From assembly GCA_950097015.1 (NCBI GenBank), contig CATNEN010000035.1:372001-436000 (forward strand): a stretch of DNA of 64,000 nt, given 5' to 3'. Positions within the stretch are counted from its first letter, which is position 1; the number at the start of each line of letters is the position of its first letter. This document shows positions 47,951 through 61,400 of this stretch, piece after piece. This DNA is from Macrostomum hystrix (taxonomy: Eukaryota; Animalia; Platyhelminthes). Below the pieces are notes generated by a model. That model made no database searches and was not told the DNA's origin. It saw only the letters and a program-made list of their open reading frames with translations. The translations under genes were made by a program, and so were the position numbers.

Positions 47951-49171
47951 ATCCAGTCCCGAATTCAGTCCAATCCAGATAGGAATCCAGGATCCCAGTC
48001 CCGATATCCTTGACATCAACTCCTCAGAATTCCTAATACCTAGTGCATATTTATGTTTAGATAAAATTAACTCAATACTACTGCGTGGTTTAGTAAAGTT
48101 GGTGATTCAGTTTAACTGCAAGATTTTGCTTTAAATTTCACCTGCTTTCCTTCGTCATTTATGTACATAAATTATATTTATTTATTTTTTTATGCACGCT
48201 GGTATTTTTATGCAGACGTACGGCGCCAGAAAAATATGATTATCCTGTCATATTTTCTATTTTGATTTTCTCGCAGTCATTCCTGTCCGTTTTGCGATAG
48301 AATACTTATTTGCTAATTTGTTCTGCTGCTTTCATTGCAGCAGCCGTGTTGAGTGGTGGGATATTTCTAGCGGAAATATTAAGTTTTTCCTCTGGCCAAG
48401 CTTATCCACATGTCCTTCAGTGCATTGTCACTTATCCCAGCCAATCCATCTGTCCCTTGTATCGCAGTTGTTGCGTAGGATGAAAAAGCTTATTCGCTAA
48501 TACAGTAGGAGACAATCAGGTGCTATTTTTCGTTTCATTTTCTTTCATTGCCTAACGCTAGCTCTTTCACGATGTATTTTTTTGTCATTTTTCAAGTTTA
48601 AAATAAATTCTGCTTTTAATTAATATATACAGATTTGCACTAGTGACCCTTTGAAAAGTAGTATATTGTATAAAGAGTTCTATTACAGATACTTTATTTT
48701 CTAAAATATATACATGTACAAAAATATTTGTTTCTAATCGGCCCTTTTTAATAATCCTATTTTTACCAGTGATTTAGAACATGTCTTCCTTTTTAGAAGT
48801 GTCTCATCTTTTCCACTTTTATATTTTTATTATAATTTCAAACCTCGCTTTGTTCTACACAGGCATGCGATACTACTTATTGATTTCTGTTATAAGTAGC
48901 TTAAACGCTTCCTAATCACGCTATATGCTTTGTTAAGATATTAATTGAGATGCTCCACATTCTTACCTGTTATATAAACCGTATGGAACTTTACACCCGG
49001 TGCTTCGCCCGCACAAACTGTCTTTGCCGTCACCGAAGAGTTCTTTCGTGTCGCGTTTCAATTTTACTGTCCGTTTATATGCATCAGACAGTAAAATGTA
49101 TTTAGATCTATCTGGAGCTATTCAGATTGAATGCGAATGCACTAGGTATTTGATATTTGATAATACACTTG

Positions 49172-49785
49172 GCCATTACCCACAATTTCATAGATGACAG
49201 TAGGCCATTACCCACAACCACAATCTCATAGATGACAGTAGGCCATTACCCACAATCACATAGATGACAGTAGGCTATTACCCACAATCTCATAGATGAC
49301 AGTAGGCCATTACCCACAATCACATAGATGACAGTAGGCCATTACCCACAATCTCATAGATGACAGTAGGCCATTACCCACAATCACATAGATGACAGTA
49401 GGCCATTACCCACAATCACATAGATGACAGTAGGCCATTACCCACAATCACATAGATGACAGTAGGCCATTACCCACAATCACATAGATGACAGTAGGCC
49501 ATTACCCACAATCACATAGATGACAGTAGGCCATTACCCACAATCACATAGATGACAGTAGGCCATTACCCACAATCACATAGATGACAGTAGGCTATTA
49601 CCCACAATCTCATAGATGACAGTAGGCTATTACCCACAATCACATAGATGACATTTGGCCATTACCCACAATCACATAGAATATAGATGACAGTAGGCCA
49701 TTACCCACAAACACATAGATGACAGTAGGCCATTACCCATAATTTCATAGATATTACACTTGGCCATTACCCACAATCTCATAGA
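49172..49785. repeat. 32-nt minisatellite (atagatgacagtaggccattacccacaatcac)
   Basis: Visible units. Confidence 0.96.
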
Positions 49786-51127
49786 TCGCTCGTATTACCA
49801 CTTGAATTTTAGCCACCTTGCTTACATAGCCTGCTAAAATGCGGCATGTCCTGCAGTAGATGTGTTACCCCGATCGTCGAATTTCGCAAATATTATAACT
49901 GCCGCCTTTAACTATTTTTTCTAGCACAATAGAGTTATGCTTCAGTAAAAAACGATGAAAATGTACCCGTCCTTCGCTTTGAAAATATTTCTGCTTTTGA
50001 CAAGCAATTCTAGAATTAGATTTTCTTCTCGCCTGACATTTCCTACCCGCCAAGTAAAAAACTGCTTCTCATCTTAAGTTGTCTTTCATCTACATTTTTT
50101 GGTCTCACACAGTTTATCTTAGCGGGCGCCTGTTGGTGTTTTGAATCGCATCTCTAGAATATAATAGACGTTTGATTTATTCATCGTCACAATATCCTCA
50201 GATTTATTGCAGTCTATTGCGTACATTTTATGTTATTTTAAACCCGGTTCGTCATCACATTCTTCTTCTGGTACTTTCATTTTTTCATGTAAAATACATT
50301 TACACTAGACCATCTGGATTATTGATTTTCTTGTTTTCGTTTGTCCCAATCTCCACATGTCGTGTTGTCATGTAATTTTGTGTACAGATCCCCAAAACGA
50401 AAAATCTTTAAAAAGAATGCAAAGTTTTTGAACAGTTAATCTGCCTCCTGCGTCTGGGGTTCGATTCCTGACGCTTGTTTCTTATATCTGCAACTCTGTT
50501 TTAGCTTTGCAATTGCGAAATAGCAAAATTAATTTATTGTATCTCTTGCACTTATCATGTTAATCTAATTTTGCTTTGTTAGTTTTATTACTGAACTTAA
50601 TAATTTTTTTATAAAACAAAAAGTTAAACAAAGCGTGTAGTTGAAGCTATGAAAATCAACTTTTCAACATGTATTACTCCTAATATAATATTTTTCTACT
50701 ATATTATAGGAAGTATTTAAAGTACTTGCATGAACCTGTCTTCGTTCTTATACTTTTAGTACCAATTCAAATTTCTTTTTTTAAGAAGAAACTTTGAAAG
50801 TACAGTTAAAGTTTTTTCGGCTCTTTGTTATATTGCGAAATAAAATAAAATCAAGGCGCAAAGTAATTTGTAAATTTTGTTTTGATATCGGGAAAACAAA
50901 TCATTATGATGGCATTAGACTGAAATTGTAAATTTATTTGACCACTGAAATCTTCTAACAGAATTCCAGATACACTGTCTGTTATTCCTGTTTCCTTCAC
51001 TTGTTTTTCAATGTCCTAATCGTGAATTTCAATGATAACATTTTTATTTAGTATCAATATTTCATATTTTCAGTAAATAATTTGCTGATATTTGATAATA
51101 AACTTGGCCATTACAACTACAAGCAGA

Positions 51128-51435
51128 GGTTGTAGCCTAGTGGTTAGGGCGTCGGACTCACGACTTGAAGGTCGGGGGTTCGATTCCCGACTCCACTGGA
51201 AAAATTTGCGTCCTTTAGCAAGACACTTAACTCTGCATTGCTTCAGTTCACCCAGCTGTTAAATGGGTACCAGCATCAGCTGGGATAATTGAAGGTGGGT
51301 GTGGCGTCCCCCCAGTCCGTGGACTGAACAGCTGTACGCAGCCTTCAGATGCGCCGCGCATTAGCTGCGGCTGTGCTGCCGGCTGCACATCTGACCCAAT
51401 TGGGGCAGGTGTAATCAATTATTTATTATTATTAT
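51128..51435 (+). mobile_element. SINE family 1, full-length copy (tRNA head, Meta/V-SINE-like central domain, AT-rich tail)
   Basis: The head is gttgtagcctagtggttagggc (A box)...ggttcgattcccga (B box). The core is gcaagacacttaac..tgcttcagttcacccagctgttaaatgggtacc and the tail is aatcaattatttattattat. Confidence 0.92.
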
Positions 51436-51982
51436 ATTTTCAGTAGCATGACCTATAGCTAGTTCCCTCCCCCTGGACCACGGGCTTGGAGTTTCACAAC
51501 TTTCAAAGCCGTCCGACGTCGGCATCGTCGAGCATATTCAGCAATTCTTGTCGAAGACCCTGGTGAAGAGGACAACTGACATTGCCCTGTATAATTAACA
51601 ATAATCACTAATTTAAAATGATAACACTAATCGATATAATATAGTCAACAATTAGCCGACATAGTTATATAATAAAATGTTATGAGCAGAAAAAATTATA
51701 TTGGTAGTTTTTGCCACCAGACACACCGACTGGAATCGTTGAAAATCTCGACACTGCCGATGCTTTGTGATTCCGGAAGTTGTTTTGTCGGACGGATTGA
51801 AAAAACTTTAGCCAGTGTTCTGCATTTTCACGGCGATTGGTCGAATATTTTAGGAGATTCCGAGAACAAAACTCGGGAATTTCAATAACTTCATCTGTTT
51901 GACTTGCTTTGCCAATACTTTCAAGTGATTCGGCACAAAACCAAATAATGCATACGAGCGAACAGGCTTCTACATAGCTTGC

Positions 51983-52335
51983 GGGGTCGGTGGCAGAGCG
52001 GTTATCGCGTTTGCCTCTCGCACCAAGGTCCCTAAGTTCGATTCCACGGCGAGGCCACATTTATTTGGGGCGCAGCCGCGGAGAGAAGGCTTGGGGGCTT
52101 GTCGTGCAATTTACGCCCTTGAGGGCCAACCTCCAAGGCACAGTGAAATGTACACTGCCCGACGATGAGAAAGTCAGGGCCGATGTACACACTTGTTTGA
52201 GCGCATGCCTGAGTACAGTATCTGTGTGCGTGTGTGCTCAGGAGTCAGCGAAATGGACAGAATTGCCTCCTCGCTGGCTGCGGGTCTAGTGTCACGAAAT
52301 GATGTGCCATTGTCCTCAGCCCTCCTGCAATTATT
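51983..52335 (+). mobile_element. SINE family 2, full-length copy
   Basis: ggtggcagagcggttatcgcg..aagttcgattccacgg head, the shared body, and a gcaattattat tail. Confidence 0.9.
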
Positions 52336-52467
52336 ATCACTCTAATTATTATCTACATTACTTGTACGAATGAGACAAGATCGCATTATGACAGGCATTC
52401 CGCGAATGTCCGTTGACCCAGTCTCAATGTGTGCTCAACTCCAGTGAAAGCTAATGCCATCTTAAAG

Positions 52468-55400
52468 TCAGGGCGGTTTTGTCAAATTGTCCAACAGATT
52501 CCGATGCGTCAGCTCTATGCTGCGGCTGAGCGCTGAACTAGCGGACGACTCTAGCAGCTCGGACTCGATGGCCGACTTCGACTTGCCCTCGAAGGCGGCC
52601 AGTCGGCGCACCAGGACCTCGCGATCGCGCACCAGCTGAGCAATGCGCTCTCGCATGGCGCTCATGTCTCGGCCAAATTGGCGACTCTTGGCCCGGATGG
52701 TCTGGTCGACATCTTCCAGCTGCGAGCTGATGCTGCACTCCAGGTCCGTCTGCACTGCGATATTGTTCAGGAGCATCATCGCGGCGGCGGCGTCGTCGTC
52801 AGTGGAAGCTGCCACCGCAACTGCCGAGGCGAGGCTAGACTGCAGCTGGGCCCGCTCCTCAGACTGATCCGCACCCAGCGACATCAGCAGGCTGTCCCGA
52901 TCGCTGGTGTACTTTTGCAGCCTGAATCGGTGAGTCAGTGCTTTTCTAATCGCACAATTCACGGCAAATAATTAACTATGGTAAATTCGGAAATGATTTG
53001 TAGCCTAGTGGTTAGAGCCTCGGACTCATGACTTGCAGTTCCGGGGTTCGATTCCTGACAGTTTGTGTCCTTTAGCTAGACAATTAACTCTGAATTTATT
53101 CAGTTTACCCAGTCAGCTGTTAATTGGGTGGCAGCATTAGCTGGGTTGGGAGTGGCATCCCAACTGTCCATGGACTTAAGAGCCGTACGCAGCCTTCAGA
53201 AGCTAAAGGTTTGCTAATTCACAACTGCCGTTCAATTGAATTTTTATTTAGACGGAATGTAGAAATGTGTTTTCAGGTCTGTCTGAAAGAAAATAAGTAC
53301 TTTTACAGAGCTGACTACTTCTGTTAAACAAAGTTAGAAATTATTCAGGAAATAGAATAGAATAGAATTTTCATCAGTCAATTGTCTGAGACGTTTTTAG
53401 TTTAAACAAATGCGACCTGAAACTAAGCGAATTGTTACCGACTCTGCGCAGATTTTATTTCTTGAAGAACCACAGCCTAGCCCATTGTAGGCCGCGTGAA
53501 ATTCAAATGGAAATCTGCATCTAAATCGAAAATCTCCCCCCCCCTAGAAATGAAAATCGCAGAAAATTTTCCAAAAAAATTGTGCCATTTCCTCGCTCAC
53601 TCGCTCATCAGCGGCAGATTATAGGGAGGCAGACAATTGAATTCTGGCGCTGCCCAGCTTTTAGGAAATATTGCTTCTGTCTGCCATCCTCGGTGCAGCA
53701 TAAAATATAAGTGTGAAATTATTTTCTATGCCGCCCAATAATGCGTCCGAGCCGCGTTGTTGACAGGAGAGAGTGAATTATGGCTCTAAATCACAGATTC
53801 TATGCCATGACAGATAGGTACAGTGTGAAATGGGTTCCTTGGGAAAACTTTAGTTCAAGTGAATTTTACTGATTTTGTACTAGTCTAGTCCGCGCTTGGG
53901 TGGTTAAGCTTCTGTCATACCGGTGACCCTTTTTGTTTGACATGTGACACTCCTGTCTAACAGGTGACACTCCTGTCTAACAGGTGACACTCCTGTCCAA
54001 CAGGTGACACTCCTGTCCAACAGGTGACACTCCTGTCCAACAGGTGACACTCCTGTCTAACAGGTAAAACTTCTGTCTAACAGGTGACACTCCTGTCAAA
54101 CAGGTGACACTCCTGTCTAACAGGTAACACTCCTGTCTAACAGGTAACACTATTGTCTAACAGGTAACACACTTGTCTAACGGGTAACACTCCTTTCTAA
54201 CAGGTAACACTATTGTCTAACAGGTAACACTCTTGTCTAACAGGTAACACACTTGTCTAACGGGTAACACTCCTGTCTAACGGGTAACACTCCTGTCTAA
54301 CAGGTAACACTCTTGTCTAACAGGTAACACACTTGTCTAACGGGTAACACTCCTGTCTAACGGGTAACACTCCTGTCTAACAGGTAACACTCTTGTCTAA
54401 CAGGTAACACACTTGTCTAACGGGTAACACTCCTGTCTAACAGGTAACACTATTGTCTAACGGGTAACACTCCTGTCTAACGGGTAACACTCCTGTCTAA
54501 CGGGTAACACTCTTGTCTAACAGGTAACACTCTTGTCTAACAGGTAACATTTCTGTCTCCATTAAACAAACGCCTTGATTTCAAAACATATCCAAAAGTT
54601 TCCTAACTTATTATCCTTTTTTGCATTAACAAGTTGTTACGAATAGCATCAGAATCCATTATCAGGCTCTTAATTGATTGCCTAACTGACTAGATAGCTT
54701 TTATTCCGGCATTAGTCAAACCCGATCGTTCATCAAGACTCTTCAACTCACCTGAGTGCCACTGGGCGAGCTTCGAGAGCACAGCGGCGCATCTCCTGGA
54801 CCTCTCTGTAGCGCACGAGGTGCCGATAAACCCTCTGTCAAATTTGTGAGATCATTTAGATTATGGCTAGGCTAAACATGTCAATCTATTGCAGCAAAAA
54901 TTTACAAGTAAGACGCTTTAATGATGTGAAGAATTTAATGAACACTTGACAGATGACATAAGCGACTTTGGACGCTAATGGGTCACTTTGGACACTAATG
55001 GGTCACTTTGGACACTAATGGGTCACTTTGGAAACTAATGGGTCACTTTGGACATTAATGGGTAACTTTGGAAACTAATGGGTCACTTTGGACACTAATG
55101 GGTCACTTTGGAAACTAATGGGTCACTTTGGAAACTAATTGGTCACTTTGGAAACTAATGGGTCACTTTGGACACTAGTGGGTCACTTTGGACACTAATG
55201 GGTCACTTTGGACACTAATGGGTCACTTTGGAAACGAATGGGTCACTTTGGACACTAATGGGTCACTTTGGACACTAATGGGTCACTTTGGACACTAATG
55301 GGTCACTTTGGAAACGAATGGGTCACTTTGGACACTAATGGGTCACTTTAGAAACTAATGGGTCACTTTGGAAACTAATGGGTCACTTTGGACACTAATG

Positions 55401-58400
55401 GGTCACTTTGGAAACTAATGGGTCACTTTAGACACTAATGGGTCACTTTGGAAACTAATGGGTCACTTTGGACACTAATGGGTCACTTTGGACACTAATG
55501 GGTCACTTTGGACACTAATGGGTCACTTTGGACACTAATGGGTCACTTTGGACACTAATGGGTCACTTTGGAAACGAATGGGTCACTTTGGACACTAATG
55601 GGTCACTTTGGAAACTAATGGGTCACTTTGGACACTAATGGGTCACTTTGGAAACTAATGGGTCACTTTAGACACTAATGGGTCACTTTGGAAACTAATG
55701 GGTCACTTTGGACACTAATGGGTCACTTTGAAACTAATGGGTCACTTTGGAAACTAATGGGTCACTTTAGACACTAATGGGTCACTTTAGACACTAATGG
55801 GTCACTTTGGAAACTAATGGGTCACTTTGGACACTAATGGGTCACTTTGGAAACGAATGGGTCACTTTGGACACTAATGGGTCACTTTGGACACTAATGG
55901 GTCACTTTGGACACTAATGGGTCACTTTGGAAACGAATGGGTCACTTTGGCCACTAATGGGTCACTTTGGAAACTAATGGGTCACTTTAGACACTAATGG
56001 GTCACTTTGGAAACTAATGGGTCACTTTGGACACTAATGGGTCACTTTGAAACTAATGGGTCACTTTGGAAACTAATGGGTCACTTTAGACACTAATGGG
56101 TCACTTTGGACACTAATGGGTCACTTTGGAAACTAATGGGTCACTTTGGAAACTAATGGGTCACTTTGGACACTAATGGGTCACTTTGGAAACTAATGGG
56201 TCACTTTGGACACTAATGGGTCACTTTGGAAACTAATGGGTCACTTTGGAAACTAATGGGTCACTTTGGAAACTAATGGGTCACTTTGGACACTAATGGG
56301 TCACTTTGGAAACTAATGGGTCACTTTGGAAACTAATGGGTCACTTTGGACACTAATGGGTCACTTTGGACACTAATGGGTCACTTTACACAAATGGGTC
56401 ACTTTGGACACTAATGGGTCACTTTGGACACTAATGGGTCACTTTGGACACTTCAGAGACAAGGGGAAGCGTATAAAGTACAAATCATAAATCATTCTAG
56501 ACAGAGACAGATACCAGATAGACTGAGTAGCTGCGCAGCCATCTCTGTAAAGTGAAATCAAGGCTGCGAAAAGGCTGATCATTCCAATTAATAGGAGCAT
56601 TCTAGATTTAAAAGGCCGATTTTTAGTAAATCCCAGATTAGAGATGGGAAGTCGGAAGAATCTTAGAGAAGTAAATCTCAGATTAGGAGAATCCAAGCTG
56701 TAGATGATCTCTGGTTAGGAAATCCGGAAAAAGGAGAATACTAACTTGGGATTCCACACTAGGGATAATCCCATCTAAGGGAATCCAGACTAGGGAGAAT
56801 CCCAGTTTGGGAATCGAGACCAGGGGAGAATCCCAGTCAGGGAATCCAGAATAGGGATAATCCCAGGCTGGGGAATCCATACTAGGGAGAAATCCAAGTT
56901 TGGGAATCGAGACCAGGGGAGAATCCCAGTCAGGGAATCCAGAATAGGGATAATCCCAGGCTGGGGAATCCAGAATAGGGATAATCCCAGGTTGGGGAAT
57001 CCAGAATAGGGATAATCCCAGGTTGGGGAATCCAGAATAGGGATAATCCCAGGTTGGGAATCCAGAATAGGGATAATACCAGGTTGGGAATCCAGAATAG
57101 GGATAATACCTGACTGGGAAATCCAGAATAAGTAGAATACCAGGTTGGGGGATCCAGAATAGGGAGAATCCCAGGCTGGGAAGTCCAGAATAGGGAGAAT
57201 CCCTGGCTGGGAAATCCAGAAAAGGGTGAATCCCAGGTTGGTGAATCCAGAAAAGGGAGAATCCCAGTCTTGGTCATCCATACTAGGGAGAAATCCAAGT
57301 TTGGGAATCGAGACCAGGGGAGAATCCCAGTCAGGGATAATCCCAGGTTGGGGAATCCAGAATAGGGATAATCCCAGGTTGGGAATCCAGAATAGGGATA
57401 ATCCCAGGTTGGGAATCCAGAATAGGGATAATACCTGACTGGGAAATCCAGAATAAGTAGAATACCAGGTTGGGGAATCCAGAATAGGGAGAAACCCAGG
57501 CTGGGAAGTCCAGAATAGGGAGAATCCCTGGCTGGGAAATCCAGAAAAGGGTGAATCCCAGGTTGGTGAATCCAGAAAAGGGAGAATCCCAGGTTGGGGA
57601 GAGTAGAGACATCGCAGGTTTAGAAATTCTTGTTTATACAAGACCGGGAAATATATTTCATTAAATGTCTAATTCTAGATAAAAGTAGTAGATAATGTTC
57701 CATATTTACGCTCGTTACCTGGCTGATCGGCAGGCAGCAGGCTGGCTTCACCCCAGTCTTTCGCAGCAGCGGGAACAGTGCAAAGTACAGCAGGAACTCG
57801 GCGGCGGCGGTGGCTCCGGACAGCAGCACCCCGAAGCAGAAGAGCAGCAGCGGCCCGGCAAAGTTCGTTGGCGTGAGCCGCACCTTGTTCTGTGTGGGGT
57901 TGTTTCGATCCAGATGTAGATCCACACATTCCCTACCCGAAACATTAACGATTCGACACATTCCCAATCGTACACATCCCCAATTCGACAAATTCCCCAA
58001 TCGGACACATTCCCAATCCGACACATTCCCCACCCGACACATTCCCAATTGGATACATTCCTAACCCGAAAAATTCCCAATCCGACAACTTCCCAATTCG
58101 ACACATTCCCAATCTGACATGTTTCTTCATGTAACATCCCCACACAAAGGGGAATGCGAATTGCCAGGCAGCCAGTGGCTAGCAAGGTCCTTCCACACGA
58201 GGTGCTCAAAATGAGCACACAACATGCGCATTCCAGTGCAGTCCTTTCTGAGCACACACTGCTCAGCTTTAGGACCCTGTCGGGCTGTTTGCATGCGGGT
58301 TCCACTCTTTTGAGCACTCGGGCCCAGCAGCCCTAAGCAAATAGGCCAACCGGTAAATATGGACACCTGTATTCTTTACCTGCATTATTGTACTCCACCT

Positions 58401-61400
58401 TCCATTTACCAATAGGGGATCACAGACTGGCGGGGAGCTGTACGCTGGCCTTGCCAAGCCCGCTCCCTTGCAGTAATTAAGGCCGGGCGGAGCAGCTAAA
58501 GGCAGGAGAGAATGTGTGTTTGCACATCATCCGCCTAAAACCCAAAGTTTACAGTTGCTTCTCTCTGCCAGTCCTACTGGATTTCCTAGATCCCCATCCT
58601 CAGTTCCCCATTCTTGGTCTGTACTTTTGATATAAACGATTTTTTTGTCTGAGTTTGATGGCATTTTTGCCATCATCAGTGAAAATTGGTGAATTAGCCA
58701 GTCATCATTCTCTAACTCAAGGAAATTCCATGCTCATGGGAATCCCAAACTAAAAGAAATCCCATGCGCAAGAAATTCCCAAACTTAAAAATATCCCTCA
58801 ATCACGGAAATACATAATTTAAAGAAATTTCTAAGTCTAGGCTTAAGAAATCGTTTAACTTCAGGTAATCTCCAAACTTAAGGAATTCCCAAACTTAAGG
58901 AATTCCCAAACTTAAGGAATTTCCAAACTTAAGGAATTTCCAAACTTAAGGAATTTCCAAACTTAAGGAATTCCCAAACTTAAGGAATTCCCAAACTTAA
59001 GGAAATCCCAAACTTAAGGAATTCCCAAACTTAAGGAATTCCCAAACTTAAGGAAATCCCAAACTTAAGGAAATCCCAAACTTAAGGAAATCCCAAACTT
59101 AAGAAAATCCCAAACTTTAGGAAATCCCTAAAACAAGGAAATACTCGTACATAACTGAAGGAGATTTTTTAGCCAGCGGGAAATCCCCAAGATATTCAAA
59201 GGAAATCCGCAACTCACTCCGTGAGGCTTCTTGTCCTTTCCGGGCACCACCTTGGTCCACAGGTCGATCTTCTGCTTCATCTGGTCAGTGAAATCGTTGG
59301 TGCTCAGCAGGTTGGTGAGGGTGGCGGTCAGATTCTCCCCGGCTTCTCGCAGCTCGCGGCTCAGCGCGGCCGTGTAGCCGACCCGACCAAACGGCTTGCC
59401 AACAATCTCCACGTTGTAGGTGTGGTTGGTGCGGAGCAGGTAGTGCAGCAGCTCGGTGTCGTACAGGAATGCCCCGATGCTGCCTTTGCTGTTGAAGTTA
59501 AGGACAGAACCTTGGCCTTTTCAGCAACTTTTTTAACTCAGCCTGGCAACAGCCTGGTCAAACTCACCCAAGAGCGGCCATGGCTTCGTCGGCTGTGTCA
59601 AAGAAGCTGAGGTGCTTCACCAGGTGATGATATGTGCGGTTGAGTTCAATAGCTGTGCCACTGCCTCGCACTGTCCCCAGACTGATTTGGCCGTTCTGGA
59701 TCTAAAGAAAACAGGCTTTTGTGTTCAGCTTGGCAAGAATTGGCGCTTCAGGCAGGTACGCACTTGCTTCGGGCACTTTACTTCAGGCAGGTGCGCACTT
59801 TACTTCAGGCAGGTGCGCACTTTACTTCAGCCAGGTGCGCACTTACTTCAGGCAGGTGCGCACTTACTTCAGGCAGGTGCGCAATTACTTCAGGCAGGTG
59901 CGCACTTACTTCAGGCAGGTGCGCACTTACTTCAGGCAGGTGCGCACTTACTTCAGGCAGGTGCGCACTTACTTCAGGCAGGTGCGCACTTACTTCAGGC
60001 AGGTGCGCACTTACTTCAGCCAGGTGCGCACTTACTTCAGGCAGGTGCGCACTTACTTCAGGCAGGTGCGCACTTTACTTCAGGCAGGGCGCACTTTGCT
60101 TCAGGCAGGTGCGCACTTACTTCAGCGAGGTGCGCACTTTACTTCAGGCAGGTTTAATCTTCCAAGATTCAGGTTTTATAAATCGGAGCTTCATTGTTGT
60201 GCAATGTTGTACGACTAGCACAAAATTAGTGCTTGATGCTCTAACTGAAAATTAGCTTTCTATTCTATTCCATCTTGTCGCCTGGCAGAAATTTTAAATT
60301 TCTCTGCGGAATATGTTTACTCTCTGCTATTATTTTGAATTTAGTCGTGCAGAATAATCAACCAGGACTAAAATGCATACAGAAATCTCATCAGGAATTA
60401 ACAATAATTAATTATGAAAATTGGTCCAAAAACAGCGCGGGAGAAAGCTGAGTAGAAAATATAATACCGCCACTTTTTCATTCCGAAAATCACTCATGAG
60501 TGCCCTCTGCTTTAGCCAGATGGGCTGGGAGAATTCAGCAATTATTATACGCTTGTACATTAATATTGAGGCAGGGAAACAGGGTAGACAGCGTTTATTG
60601 GAAAACAGCACAGCCTCCCTGCCTCCCTTCCAGCCTCCCTTCCTGCCTCCCTGCCTTCTCCCTTCCTGCCTCCCTTCCTGCCTCCCTTCCGGCCTCCCTG
60701 CCTTCTCCCTTCCTGCCTCCCTGCCTTCTCCCTTCCTGCCTCCCTGCCTTCTCCCTTCCTGCCTCCCTGCCTTCTCCCTTCCTGCCTCCCTGCCTTCTCC
60801 CTTCCTGCCTCCCTGCCTTCTCCCTTCCTGCCTCCCTGCCTTCTCCCTTCCTGCCTCCCTGCCTTCTCCCTTCCTGCCTCCCTGCCTTCTCCCTTCCTGC
60901 CTCCCTTCCGGCCTCCCTGCCTTCTCCCTTCCTGCCTCCCTTCCGGCCTCCCTACCTTCTCCCTTCCTGCCTCCCTTCCGGCCTCCCTGCCTTCTCCCTT
61001 CCTGCCTCCCTGCCTTCTCCCTTCCTGCCTCCCTGCCTTCTCCCTTCCTGCCTCCCTTCCGGCCTCCCTGCCTTCTCCCTTCCTGCCTCCCTTCCGGCCT
61101 CTCTGCCTTCTCCCTTCCTGCCTCCCTGCCTTCTCCCTTCCTGCCTCCCTGCCTTCTCCCTTCCTACCTCCCTTCCGGCCTCTCTGCCTTCTCCCTTCCT
61201 GCCTCCCTTCCTGCCTCCCTGCCTTCTCCCTTCCGGCCTCCCTGCCTTCTCCCTTCCTGCCTCCCTTCCGGCCTCCCTTCCGGCCTCCCTGCCTTCTCCC
61301 TTCCTGCCTCCCTTCCTGCCTCCCTGCCTTCTCCCTTCCTGCCTCCCTTCCGGCCTCCCTGCCTTCTCCCTTCCTGCCTCCCTTCCGGCCTCCCTGCCTT

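Noticed and set aside
48990-49140. Helitron-like 5' motif (acccggtgcttcgcccg)
   Set aside because: A single short resemblance, with no matching 3' hairpin-CTRR end found.
52262-52280. GCCTCCTCGCTGGC in SINE2 is identical to the P3/L3 segment of the HDV genomic ribozyme
   Set aside because: I could not find a 7-bp P1 partner, the GG for P1.1, or a C-N-A-A J4/2 followed by a proper P2. The downstream bases instead pair in a simple 3' hairpin. An RNArobo or Infernal HDV descriptor search would settle it.
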